This document shows positions 32,200 to 42,563 of a stretch of DNA of 64,000 bases, in pieces. The notes beneath the pieces were generated by a model. The model was not told the origin of the DNA and searched no databases. It saw only the letters and a program-made list of their open reading frames with translations. The position numbers were made by a program, and so were the translations under genes. How positions within the stretch are numbered: position 1 is the stretch's first letter; the number at the start of each line of letters is the position of its first letter. The stretch is from Bacillota bacterium. Lineage in GTDB: Bacteria > Bacillota > SHA-98 > UBA4971. The DNA lies in NCBI GenBank assembly GCA_050949175.1, contig JBMNFG010000009.1, forward strand, positions 895 to 64,894, written 5' to 3'.

Positions 32200-33219
32200 C
32201 TATTGGCGATACTGGAGCGCCTCGATAGGTGACGGTGAACCTGCCCTGCTTCCGACGAATGCAAGTAAATTCTCCCAAGCGATTTCGCTGAGGTCGTTGG
32301 GGGTGCGGCTGATGTAACCTGCTTCTTTCATGAAGTCTGCGAAACCTAAGAGTCCGTACGGGGCGGTTGTATAATCCATACCCGGCCAGGTCATATGCTC
32401 ATACGTTTTCTCAGGTGTAAGTCCGAATTCAGGAGCCAGGAGTTCTGCAGCTTCCTTTTTATGTGTGTTGATCCAGGCCATGGCTTCACTGATTGCGTTG
32501 ACGAAGCAAGCATAGGCTACAGGGTTTTCATTGTGGAACTTCTCAGTTGCCACTCCTACATTAAAGCTGAAAGGTTGACCGAAGGCTTCAATATCGTCAG
32601 TTACCAAATGAAAGTCAGGTTGGCTGAGCTCCTCGAATAAGTATGGCGGAGTAGTGAAATGCGCTGTGATTCCTCGTTTTGAGATTAGAGCTGCCGCACC
32701 GTCCGGGTGCGCCATGGCAACAAGGTTTTCATCGAGAGCTGTCGGAGAGCCAAGTTCTTTTTCCGCAGCCATTGCAAGGAGTATGTGTTGAACGCTCCCC
32801 GGCGACGGCAATGCGATCTTGTCTTGAGGTTTGAAATCTTTGAGACTCTTGATCGACGGATCGTAAGTTACGAGTCCTACCGGAATCACCACAAAGCCTA
32901 TGGCAGCTTTCCAAGGACAACCTTTATCCCAGCCGATGAGGAATGGCGGTATACCCATGAACCCTACATCAACCTCGCCGGATATCAGCCCTTCGCGTAC
33001 TGCAGCCCCTGATCCGTACTCTTTCCAGACAGGCTTAAGGCCGTACTTCTCGAAAATCTTGTGTTTCTGGGCAATCATAAGCGGGGCGTACACAAGGCCG
33101 AACTGTCCTGCGATGCGGATCTCATTGGCGGGTGCGGCGTGGATCGGGCCTAAACAGGGGACGCTGAGGCTCCCGCCAAGTAATAGAACACACATCAAAA
33201 CTGCGACAAGCCTTCTCAT
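32200..33219 (-). CDS. ABC transporter substrate-binding protein, NMT1/THI5-SsuA-like
   Basis: 339 aa with signal peptide MRRLVAVLMCVLLLGGSLSVPCLGPIHAAPA. Periplasmic-binding fold of the sulfonate/HMP-binding family. Substrate unknown. Confidence 0.7.
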   Translation of the reverse strand: MRRLVAVLMCVLLLGGSLSVPCLGPIHAAPANEIRIAGQFGLVYAPLMIAQKHKIFEKYGLKPVWKEYGSGAAVREGLISGEVDVGFMGIPPFLIGWDKGCPWKAAIGFVVIPVGLVTYDPSIKSLKDFKPQDKIALPSPGSVQHILLAMAAEKELGSPTALDENLVAMAHPDGAAALISKRGITAHFTTPPYLFEELSQPDFHLVTDDIEAFGQPFSFNVGVATEKFHNENPVAYACFVNAISEAMAWINTHKKEAAELLAPEFGLTPEKTYEHMTWPGMDYTTAPYGLLGFADFMKEAGYISRTPNDLSEIAWENLLAFVGSRAGSPSPIEALQYRQ

Positions 33220-33504
33220 AGACGAACTCCTCCTGATGAAAGTTGTGGCAATCCTGTTTGAGGCATGGCAGTCTGCCTATGAAATGGAAACTACACTATC
33301 ATTAAGTATGAGAGTGAACATGTTCTTGTGCAGGATCATTTCTGGAAAGATCGCGGTAACGGAAGGCATCTCGAGAAATAACTGAAAGAGCAGGCAGCGG
33401 TGTTTCCGGTCGGAGACTGGGATTTCTAAAACGATAGTGTTATCGGTTTCGGAAAGCCGGTAGTCTGTGGCATCAGTGACAAGGATGACCATAGGGAAAC
33501 GGGG

Positions 33505-33981
33505 TCAGCGGCCCCCGAAGATTTTGATGAGAAGAGCGGTAATCCCGGCTGCAGCCAGCGGTCCTACCGGGATTCCTCGGAGGACAATCACTCCGATAAT
33601 CGTCCCCAGGATAATACCGGTGACGATGTGAGGATGTCCTGTAAGAAGGGAGATGCCTTGTGCACTTATGTAGGCTGCAGCTGCACCTCCTATGATCGCC
33701 AGGATACCGGGTAATGTGAAGAATGCATCGAGGATTTCTTCAGAAGATATCTTTCCGCGGGCGAGAGGTGCCAGGACTGCGATAGTGAGGAAGACAAGCC
33801 CCAATTGGAGCGCCCGCTCTTCCAGGAATGCAATGGCACTTTTGAAACCGGCTGACTCCATAAAGAGCAATACTGCAGATGCTCCTGTTATAAGCGAATT
33901 GCCGGACGCAAGGCCAAGGACTAAGACGATCAAAAGAGGCAGGTTGCCGCTCACCTCGTACCGACTCCTCTCACGGATCAT
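33505..33981 (-). CDS. DUF441/UPF0756-family small membrane protein
   Basis: 158 aa, 4 TM, Gly/Ala/Ile-rich helices (LLTGHPHIVTGIILGTIIGVIVLRG). Family call from memory. Confidence 0.45.
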   Translation of the reverse strand: MIRERSRYEVSGNLPLLIVLVLGLASGNSLITGASAVLLFMESAGFKSAIAFLEERALQLGLVFLTIAVLAPLARGKISSEEILDAFFTLPGILAIIGGAAAAYISAQGISLLTGHPHIVTGIILGTIIGVIVLRGIPVGPLAAAGITALLIKIFGGR

Positions 33982-34314
33982 GAAGCATACAAGGGTTACC
34001 GGTTTTGTCTCTACATGACATACTTATTTATCTGATATGAGAAACAGACTGCCTGTTTACTTTGTGTAAACAGGCGAGGGGACAGCAGCGGGCACATCAA
34101 ACCTAGAGTCAGCGCCGCATGAAGGAGCCGGGTTGCGCCCCACGCTTTGCCGCTTAATCCTGAGAAGTCCACGATGAAATGCACTAAATCCACTATGAAA
34201 TGCACCATGAGATCCAATGTACTCTTAACCTAAGTTGGCGTTTTACAGGGCACCCTGTAGGAAAGACTAGGCTATAGAAGTGGTTCGCGCTGGAACAAGA
34301 GGTGTAAGGATAGA

Positions 34315-35526
34315 GTGAAGTCCGAAAACGTCTTGCCCTTTGCTGTGCTGTGTAGTGTTCCTTTTGTTATGGTCCTCGGTAATTCAATGCTTATCCCGGT
34401 GCTTCCGAAAATCAAAGCCGCGCTTCACTTAAGCCAGATTCAGACAGGCCTTATCATAACCGCATTTTCCGTCCCTGCAGGCCTGGTTATTCTGTTTGTA
34501 GGTATTCTTTCTGACAGAATCGGGAGGAAGGAGGTGATCTCACCGGCTCTTCTGATATATGGGTTGGGAGGGGCAGGAGCGGCTCTTGCAGGAGCATTCC
34601 TTGAAAATCCATACCCGGTTATTATAGCTGCCAGAGTAGTTCAAGGCATAGGGGCTGCAGGAACAGCTCCTATTGCGATTGCATTGGCAGGGGACATATT
34701 TCAGTCAGAGGAGCGAAGCAAAGCCCAGGGCTTGCTGGAATCATCCAATGGGTTGGGGAAGGTCTTGAGTCCGGTGCTGGGAGCAGGGAGCGGACTCCTT
34801 AGTTGGTGGGCGCCTTTTGCTCTTTACGCGGCTATCTCCATTCCGGCATCTATCGCTGTTTGGACTCTTATCCCTGAACCGAAGAAAAAGCAAGAGAAAA
34901 CCCCTATGGGACATTACTTTCAAGATCTCGGCAACATCTTGAAAGCCAAGGGCTGGTCCTTGGGTTCCTGTTACATTGCAGGCGGAGTAGTGTTGATGAT
35001 CCTTTTCGGGGTCTTGTTCTATTTCTCCGATCTCCTTGAATCCCGGTTTAACGTGGCAGGGCTGCTGAAAGGAATCATAATAGCTATCCCGATCCTGGTT
35101 ATGTCGGTGACCTCATATTTAGTAGGGCTATTCATGCAGACGCACAGGAACTGGCTGAAAACCGCGACTTGGGTGGGCTTGCTGGTGATTGCAGCTGCAC
35201 TTCTGGTATCCTCATTCATAACTAAACCGTTATGGCTCGGGGCAACTATGGCATTTGTCGGGCTGGGCAGCGGGTTTGTGCTGCCTTCTGTGGATACGAT
35301 GGTAACCAGCGCCTCCAGTGGACAGGCCAGGGGAATGGTAACATCGGTCTTCGGCGCTGTGAGGTTTTTCGGGGTTGCACTGGGCCCTCCGGCTTTTGGC
35401 TGGTTGATGGAACATGGACGGTTTGTTGTTTTTGTTCCTCCTGCGGTCCTGGCAGGCGCAGCAGCAGTCTTCGTTATGTTTGTACTCAAGCTCGATCTGT
35501 TAAAACCGCCTTCGTCAGGGTCCTGA
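34315..35526 (+). CDS. MFS transporter
   Basis: 403 aa, 12 TM. MFS motif A region (GILSDRIGRKEV). Confidence 0.8.
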   Translation: MKSENVLPFAVLCSVPFVMVLGNSMLIPVLPKIKAALHLSQIQTGLIITAFSVPAGLVILFVGILSDRIGRKEVISPALLIYGLGGAGAALAGAFLENPYPVIIAARVVQGIGAAGTAPIAIALAGDIFQSEERSKAQGLLESSNGLGKVLSPVLGAGSGLLSWWAPFALYAAISIPASIAVWTLIPEPKKKQEKTPMGHYFQDLGNILKAKGWSLGSCYIAGGVVLMILFGVLFYFSDLLESRFNVAGLLKGIIIAIPILVMSVTSYLVGLFMQTHRNWLKTATWVGLLVIAAALLVSSFITKPLWLGATMAFVGLGSGFVLPSVDTMVTSASSGQARGMVTSVFGAVRFFGVALGPPAFGWLMEHGRFVVFVPPAVLAGAAAVFVMFVLKLDLLKPPSSGS

Positions 35527-35952
35527 GCTAATGATCGCAACGCCGAGAACGCGCAGACAGCAGGTGCCCAGGATTCTGCAGTTGGTGATAACTGAGACTT
35601 CCTGCGACTCTAATCAGTTTTTGCGAGCTAATACTTGTTCGGCGATGTTGTTCTTGAAGACACGAATAGGTAGAGAGCCGGCGCCATGGGAATCGTTGTG
35701 TGTGTTTGTTGAAGGACAATAATGCAGAAAAAGAAAAAAGAGATGCTTTCAGGAAAACACCTATAAACGGGACAAGAAGGCTCTTGATAAGCAGTGCTAA
35801 AAGAGAGTGCTAACAAGGACCTTTGAAAAAGGCCCTGAAAAAAACAGGAAGGATCTTGCCCTCTGGCATTATATATGCTATATATTTAAGTGCAGGTTAC
35901 AATCTGCGAAAGGGCCTTTCGGCCCGATAAAAGCAAACAAGATAGAATAAGC

Positions 35953-36047
35953 GGAGAGATACCCAAGCTGGCTGAAGGGGAAGGTTTGCTAAACCTTTAG
36001 GCGGTTTAACAAGCCGCGCGGGGGTTCGAATCCCCCTCTCTCCGCCA
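35953..36047 (+). tRNA. tRNA-Ser (anticodon GCU), type II
   Basis: GGAGAGATACCCAAGCTGG...anticodon stem-loop AAGGT-TTGCTAA-ACCTT...long variable arm...GGGGGTTCGAATCCCCCTCTCTCCGCCA. The 5' end could be 1-2 nt earlier. Confidence 0.85.
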
Positions 36048-36082
36048 TATTATTTGTCTTGCATATCATTTGTCTTGTCCGA

Positions 36083-37279
36083 TTATGCTTCGAGTCTGAA
36101 CCGGCCTCTCTTTTCAAGTCTTGTCAACATCTCTTGAGGATTCTTCACTTTTGCCAGGAAGATTATTGCTGCAATGATGTAGGGTTTGTAGCTTGCTTGT
36201 TTATACAGGGGAACTCTGTATCGATCGAACACAGACGCTTCCACTTCGCCTTCTTTGCAGCTGACACCGGAAATATCCGCAGGCAGACAGTGCAGGTAAA
36301 GCGCCTTACCGTCGTTTGTAATCTTCATCAATTCTTCTGTGCATTCCCAATCCTTATAATTGGCGTTTTGGGCCAAGAGCTCTTTTTCAAGTGCATCTAT
36401 GCCATCAAAGTCATTCTGCTCATAGAGCTCGGTTCGCTTCTTCATCGCCAGGAACGGTGCCCAGCTCTTTGGATAGACAACATCAGCATTCCTGAATGCC
36501 TCCGCCATACTGTTGGTCTTTATGAATTTCCCGCCGGATTCTTCAGCATTCTTGATTGCAACTTCTTCGACTTCGCCCATGACCTCGTAGCCTTCGGGGT
36601 GAGCTAACACCACTTCCATGCCCATCCTGGTCATTAAACCTATGACACCTTGCGGAACGGAAAGAGGTTTACCGTAAGAAGGTGAATACGCCCAGGTCAT
36701 TGCCAGTTTCTTGCCTTTCAGATTCTCAATGCCGCCAAAATAGTGAATGACATGCAAGAGGTCTGCCATGGTTTGGGTCGGGTGGTCGATATCACACTGC
36801 AGGTTTACGAGATTAGGCCTTTGCTCTAATATACCTTCCTCATATCCTTGTTGCACTGCTTGAGCCACTTCGCGCATATAGGCATTGCCTTTTCCGATAT
36901 ACATATCATCTCGAATGCCTATTACATCTGCCATAAACGAGATCATGTTCGCGGTTTCTCGCACTGTCTCGCCGTGTGCAATCTGAGACTTACCTTCATC
37001 CAGGTCCTGGACTTCAAGGCCTAACAGGTTACAGGCAGATGCGAAGCTAAAGCGCGTACGGGTGGAAAAGTCACGGAAGTTGGATATTCCCAGGCCGCTG
37101 TCGAATATTCGAACGGAAATGTTTCTTTCTCTCAGATGGCGCAGAGCGTCTGCTACAGTAAAGATTGCTTCCAACTCATCCCCGGTTTTCTCCCATGTTA
37201 GGAAGAAATCGCTGTTATACAGGTTCTTGAAATCAAGTTGATCTAGCTTCTTTATGTAGTCATTCAGCACCATTCGCAT
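36083..37279 (-). CDS. ygeW: Knotted carbamoyltransferase YgeW (OTC/ATC-fold transcarbamylase of unknown substrate)
   Basis: 398 aa. Near-colinear to E. coli YgeW as remembered (LTWEKTGDEL..., STRTRFSFASACNLLGLEVQDLDEGKSQIAHGETVRETANMISF..., HCLPADISGVSCKEGEVE). Confidence 0.9.
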   Translation of the reverse strand: MRMVLNDYIKKLDQLDFKNLYNSDFFLTWEKTGDELEAIFTVADALRHLRERNISVRIFDSGLGISNFRDFSTRTRFSFASACNLLGLEVQDLDEGKSQIAHGETVRETANMISFMADVIGIRDDMYIGKGNAYMREVAQAVQQGYEEGILEQRPNLVNLQCDIDHPTQTMADLLHVIHYFGGIENLKGKKLAMTWAYSPSYGKPLSVPQGVIGLMTRMGMEVVLAHPEGYEVMGEVEEVAIKNAEESGGKFIKTNSMAEAFRNADVVYPKSWAPFLAMKKRTELYEQNDFDGIDALEKELLAQNANYKDWECTEELMKITNDGKALYLHCLPADISGVSCKEGEVEASVFDRYRVPLYKQASYKPYIIAAIIFLAKVKNPQEMLTRLEKRGRFRLEA

Positions 37280-37747
37280 TCTCCTTTATCAGTATTTTTG
37301 GTGTTTTGGCTTTCAACGCCGAAAGGCATCTACTGGCCGATAATGAGATCACCCGATCCTGCCTGGCTTTGCCCCACCTCACCCCCCGTGCCTTGCCTGA
37401 TCTTATACGCTACCCTAAGAGTGTCGCCCACTCTGTTACTGGCCTCAGTGTAACAGCCTTGAAAGCAGTCCTCTGTTTTCTCGGATCATCTTGTAAGATT
37501 GTGTATACCATGTGAATAATTTCTATACTGATGCTGATACTCCTTCTCGATACAGAGCCGTGCTGTAAGTTGTGCTACATTTTTGCGGGACGTTTTTCAG
37601 TTTAAGTACATAGCTGTATTCTCAAATTGCAGTCTAAAATACCGTTTCGCGGCCTTGATGATGACAGCAGGCCCATAAATCGTTACAATGCAAGACATAC
37701 TGGGAGCTCTGTCCTGAATGTTCTAGCCACGAAACGGTTTAGCATAA

Positions 37748-37806
37748 AAGGAAGCCCCATAGGAGAACCACTAAGGTCCCATTTGGTGGGGCTTCCTTTT
37801 CTTCAT
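37748..37806 (-). terminator. Intrinsic terminator hairpin downstream of the disrupted hydrolase gene (bidirectional-capable)
   Basis: AAAAGGAAGCCCCA-...-TGGTGGGGCTTCCTTTTCTTC. Confidence 0.45.
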
Positions 37807-37927
37807 AATGATATTCAACCTCTGCCGGAGTGGCCTTTGGCCGCGGCGGCAGCACGCAGCTTTCTACTTAATGGTTATGACAAGCCCGTCGCCACGTGAT
37901 CCGTCCGCGAAGACAGGTTTCCGGATC

Positions 37928-39949
37928 CTACCGGTCGTGCACTCGCAGAGTATCTCCAGGCTCGCCGATGAACACCAGATACATCCCTTCCTCAACTTCC
38001 GCTTCGCGCATCGGAGTCTTTAGGCTGTCGTAAACCGCTTCACAGCCTTGTGAAAAGACCACAACTCTTCCGTTTTCCGGGAAGTCAAAGCTTGCCTGTC
38101 CGCTGAACCCGAACACTCTTGACTTGTTATGCCCGGCGCGCTCAATCTGCAGATCATCGCCATTTTTGATAACAGGCAGCATGGCCGCATCTATGAAGTA
38201 CTCCCCGGAAGTGTGCAGCACTGTCTCTCCATGCATTTCCTGGAGCGATACTTCAAACTGATCCCGGACATAGTGGAACGACATCTTGGTGCTAGTGGGG
38301 CTGCTAAGAGCAAGTGGAGTGAACACCTGTCCGTCAGCAACGATTATGTAGCCAGGCAGTTCAGGAATGGCGAGTGTCTTGAAAACCCTGGGATAAAGAT
38401 CATTTCTGCCCAGGTTAACCGGAACCCAGGCCTTTCCGAGAAAGGCGCCGGGATCTATCGACTCGGCAGGCCTCAACTTCTCAAAACCTGCGTGTCCCAC
38501 ATCCGGACTCTCAGAGAAATGCATTAATAACAGCGTTCCGTTCCTGTGTTCGGCAAAGGAAAAGCTGAGGCCATTGGACTCGTGGAACTTGCCGTCCTCC
38601 TTATATGCAGCAACAATCGAGGGAACAAAGCCGCTGCCGTCGAAGGTTGATAGGATGATGCTGCTCTTATCCTCAGACAGTGCAACCTGGACAAGCCCAT
38701 TAGTGGAGTTGTAAAACCCTGCGAAACGCTGGAGTTCACCTGGGATGGGAGCGTCAGCGGGAGGTGCAGGTTGAGCCGCCGCCTCTTCCATAAGGCCCAG
38801 CTCTCGCAAGGTGGCTTCAAGAACGGTATCAGCAACGGCTGCCGGGTCTGCCGCGCCGGCAAAGATTACGGCCACATTGATACGCTCTTTCGGTAACACA
38901 CACAACTGCGAAAAGTACTGCATCGTGCCGCCGTCTTTTGCAATAACATTAACGCCCAGCCGTCTCAACATCGGGACCGACACAAAGTCCCAGCCCAGCC
39001 CGGGACAGAACAAGGGACTTCCGACAGGAACTGTTTCAGGCCCATATTGAGCCCGGGTGTACTCTTCCAGCATAGATGGGCTTAATATTGACCCGGGCTG
39101 CAGGATCTCTCCGAATTTGCAGAGATCCACTGCCGTGGAGGCCAACCCTCCGCTACCAAGGATGTTCACATATTCGAGAGGCAGGGGGAATGTACTATCT
39201 CCTTCGTACACCCTGGCTATGTTCTCGTTGCCTTCCTTGAAATAGGCACTGGTATTTGTCAGGCCCAGCTTGGTGAAGATTTCTTGCTCCAGGAACTCAG
39301 CGAAACTAAGACCCGAAACCCGCTCGATTACTGCCTCAGCTACGGTAAACCCGTCGTTGCAGTAGACGCTGATTCTCCCCGGATCGTTTACCAGGTAGGT
39401 GCCCTGCAGCAGTTCCAACGTCTCCCGGACGTAACCCTGTGCTTTTCGGCTGCAAAGCCGTTTTTGAAGTTCGTGCCCGGTAGGCCTGAAGTGTGATTGA
39501 GCAGCATGCGGACGGTGATGTCCTTATACCTCTCGTCCTGCATTGAAAATTCGGGCAGGTATTCTGTGACCGGCTTGTCTAACTCAACCTTGTCTTGCTG
39601 TACCAAGGTCAAAATGCTTGCAGCAGTGAAGATTTTGCTGATAGAACCTATTATTGAACTGTGTATCTATGTCTACTGGAAGATCCCGGGCACGATCCCT
39701 AAGCCCGAACCCTTCTGCATAGACTACTTCACCATCCACCATCACTGCTACCGTGGCACTTGATGACTGCCAGGTAGACATCTGCTGAGCTACGGCCTCC
39801 CGCGCTGCTGCGGCGACTTCTTCGTAGCCTGCTTTCTCAATGACAGTCTCAGCCTGAACAATATTGGTGAGACCCCCTAATACCTGGAAACAAATGATAA
39901 ACGACAATACGATGGACAGATTTGCTCTCAATGTGGGCCGTTTTTTCAT
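37928..39949 (-). pseudogene. Beta-lactamase/PBP4*-family serine hydrolase with C-terminal beta-sandwich domain, copy 1; disrupted by two frameshifts
   Basis: Three consecutive ORF pieces (39584-39949 with signal peptide MKKRPTLRANLSIVLSFIICFQVLG; 39388-39612; 37928-39418). The S-x-x-K active site QFN-IGSISKIFTAASIL is recovered only by a 1-nt frame change near 39660 (aataat vs aatat). A second frame change lies near 39400-39430, before YCNDGFTVAEAVIERVSG. Confidence 0.7.
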
Positions 39950-40035
39950 TTCCGCCCCTCCTGACTAAAGTGTGGATGAGACTACGGGATTCAAACGCAG
40001 CTCTGTTCCAAGAGGAAATCCTGGCAGTCTGCGAC

Positions 40036-42115
40036 TTACTCCTTGATGCTTATAATGAACCGGTCGCCGGGCGATTCGCCTACAAAGACAACCTTTCCGT
40101 TCTTAGGAAGCTGGACAGGCTGATTACCATTAACCACAGAGAAGTGGACATACAGCCCCTCAGCGTCATAGACAGCGAATGATCCGCCTTCGGGTAGGAT
40201 GACTGTCATTGTCTTGCCCGCAACCTGCTCATTGATGGTAAACCACCGAGCGTACCCGTCTGCCTGGATGGTGCAGGTGACATTCTCTCCGGCTTCAAGC
40301 TCCTCGAGATCACTCTCTCTGAGGTAAACCCCGCCTGCGGAAATGAGGAGGTACTCCTTCCCGTCAACGACTGCGACCTCCAAGTCTATGCTGTCGCGTC
40401 CGCTCATTACCGGGATCGTGGTATCCTGGATGGCATGGTTGGCATCGAGGATTCTGCATGTGTCGACATATCCGGGTAGTTCTTCGCTGGTGGTGATCAT
40501 GATAGATACCATGTCCGGCGCGGTGTAAGCCTGGCTGGTTGGTATCTCATTGAGAACGTAGTATCTGGTTCCATTCCTGAGATCCCAGGCCTTCTGCACC
40601 GCGTCGTCAACGACATTGGCTTCGATCCTCTGCATATCGTAACCGGTCATCACCACCTGTCCCAGTCCTGGTAAGCTAAATGTTTGAACCAAGCGAGTAT
40701 ACGTCTTCCCGTTCGATTCTTTCACAAAGGTTATCCTCTTGTCGCCGGCTTCACTCACAAACTCGCCATCCGACGTATAGCAATAAGTCTCGCTGGGTAT
40801 GTCTGCGCTGGACAAAGGTGTCACCGTGGCTTTGCCATCCGGGCTGATTGCTATCTCGCTTACCACGGAGTTGTTGGCGTAGAGGCCGGCATACTCCATG
40901 AGCTCGATGGGCACGTTCAGATGCAACCGGAGCCCTAAGGTCCTGAAGCGGGAAGATCTCTTTGATTTTCCCCTCGGCCAGCAACGCCTGAGACAAGACG
41001 GACTGAGCCATGGGCAGGCCATACATGATGCTTGAGCCGCTCGACATCACCACAGCAAAGGCCATGTTGTGTTCAGGCAGGACCATCAGTAAACTGTGAT
41101 ACGGAACTGTGTCTCCGCCTTTGAAAAGGGCCTGTATGCCGTATTCGCTGAAGAAGTTGGGGCCAACCGAATCCCAGCCCAGTCCGTACCCGATCACGCC
41201 CTCGCCCGGTTCAGGCCAGATGCCCCTTAGATACTCTTTCTGCATCGAGGCCGTTCTCATTTCGTCAGAGAGGAGCTCTGCTGCAGCTACTGATCCCGGG
41301 TCATCCATATATGCTTGAGCTAGTTTGCATAGATCTTCCGCAGTGGAGTAGACCCCGCCTAAGCCAATGGCGTTACAGTTGTCGTATGGCGTTATCTCTC
41401 CCTGGAAGAACGTCCTTGCCATCCTGGTCCTGTCGAAGTCATCTTGAGGTGTCTTGGTGTTTGTCATTCCGACAGACTCGGTAATGCGCTGTCTAACGAA
41501 CTCGGAAAAGCTCATGCCGCTGACTCTCTCAACGATAATCTCCGCAAGTGAGAACCCGTCATTGCAGTAGACTGAGAACTCTCCAGGATCTGCTTTCAGT
41601 CGCTGTTTCGCGAGCTGCGGCAGCAGACTATCATGGTAGCGGGTACTGGGTATACCGTAAGTCATAGTGCTAAACATAAGAGTGCCCAGTATTCCTGAGG
41701 AGTGATTAAGAAGCATACGCACAGTTATGTCTTTGTACCGTTCATCAGCCATTTCGAACTCAGGGATCTATGTTACCACGGGTTCATCCAAGTCCGGTTT
41801 GCCGTCGTCTACAAGCAGTAAGACAGCGGTGGTAGCGAACATCTTACTCGCAGAGACGATTCCGTAGATGGTCTGATTACTCATGGAAGCAGCATCAGAT
41901 CCGTTTTCGGTTTTGGAAAGGGCAAGGCCTGATACGACTATCTCACCATTGGAAATCAGCGCGTATTCCACACTCGGGATGTCGTAGCTGGAGACAAGAA
42001 TGTAGGCAAGCTCGGAAGCCAATTACCTCACTTCGGCATAGGGGTCTTGTTTAGCAAAGGCTACTCCTTGGAACGCGAGCAATAAGATGATCAACAGCGA
42101 CAATAGTCTATCCAT
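40036..42115 (-). pseudogene. Beta-lactamase/PBP4*-family serine hydrolase, tandem paralogue (copy 2); two in-frame stops plus one frameshift
   Basis: Signal peptide MDRLLSLLIILLLAFQGVAFA (42113 downward), then in-frame TAA (plus-strand 42023-42025). Next piece contains SASKMF (SxxK). TAG (41768-41770) replaces the Tyr of the copy-1 motif VTEYLPEF. Frameshift near 40960 between the 40751-41752 and 40036-41022 pieces. The C-terminal domain is paralogous to copy 1. Confidence 0.75.
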
Positions 42116-42407
42116 GCGTTTTTGTCTGTGAATTCTTCTCACTCCTCCTAATGGCAATAAATGGTAATACAGTGATTTCTACGAAGTATTTTCTGTCAAA
42201 ATTCTCTTTCCTTCTACATCATGAACAAAATTTTGACAAGTTTCAACATTGTGCCTTGCAGGTGGGGCTATGTTTCCTGGGTTTTTGGCTGCACCCCCAT
42301 CACAGGATTCTCAAATGGCCATTGCCATTGTAATGCAACATTGATTACAATTGGGATAATTTAGAACTCTTCGGGAGGATTGAACCTCAAGCAATGGAGG
42401 TATATGA

Positions 42408-42488
42408 ATGAAATCATCAAAAACCGCAACAGCATGGGCAGTGGTAATTGCGCTATTGATAGCTTTGGCAGCATGTGGCTATGCATAA
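42408..42488 (+). other. Orphan lipoprotein signal-peptide mini-ORF (MKSSKTATAWAVVIALLIALAACGYA*), in frame with the downstream hydrolase
   Basis: 26 codons ending at lipobox LAAC-G followed by TAA at 42486-42488. Same reading frame as the 42564 ORF (offset 156 nt). Confidence 0.5.
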
Positions 42489-42563
42489 GAACCCGTCAAT
42501 AATGCATCAGCAGCTAAGAAAAGGATTTATACTGATTGCCGTGCGCACATACAGAGCAGACCG

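Noticed and set aside
33220-33504. TPP (THI-box) riboswitch upstream of the NMT1/ThiY-like binding protein
   Set aside because: Reverse-complemented the leader and looked for CUGAGA and ACCUGAUCUGGAUAAUGCCAGCGUAGGGA blocks; none are present. Left as an unidentified long leader.
36059-36607. 182-aa plus-strand ORF
   Set aside because: Antisense to ygeW, which has a near-colinear match to E. coli YgeW; spurious.
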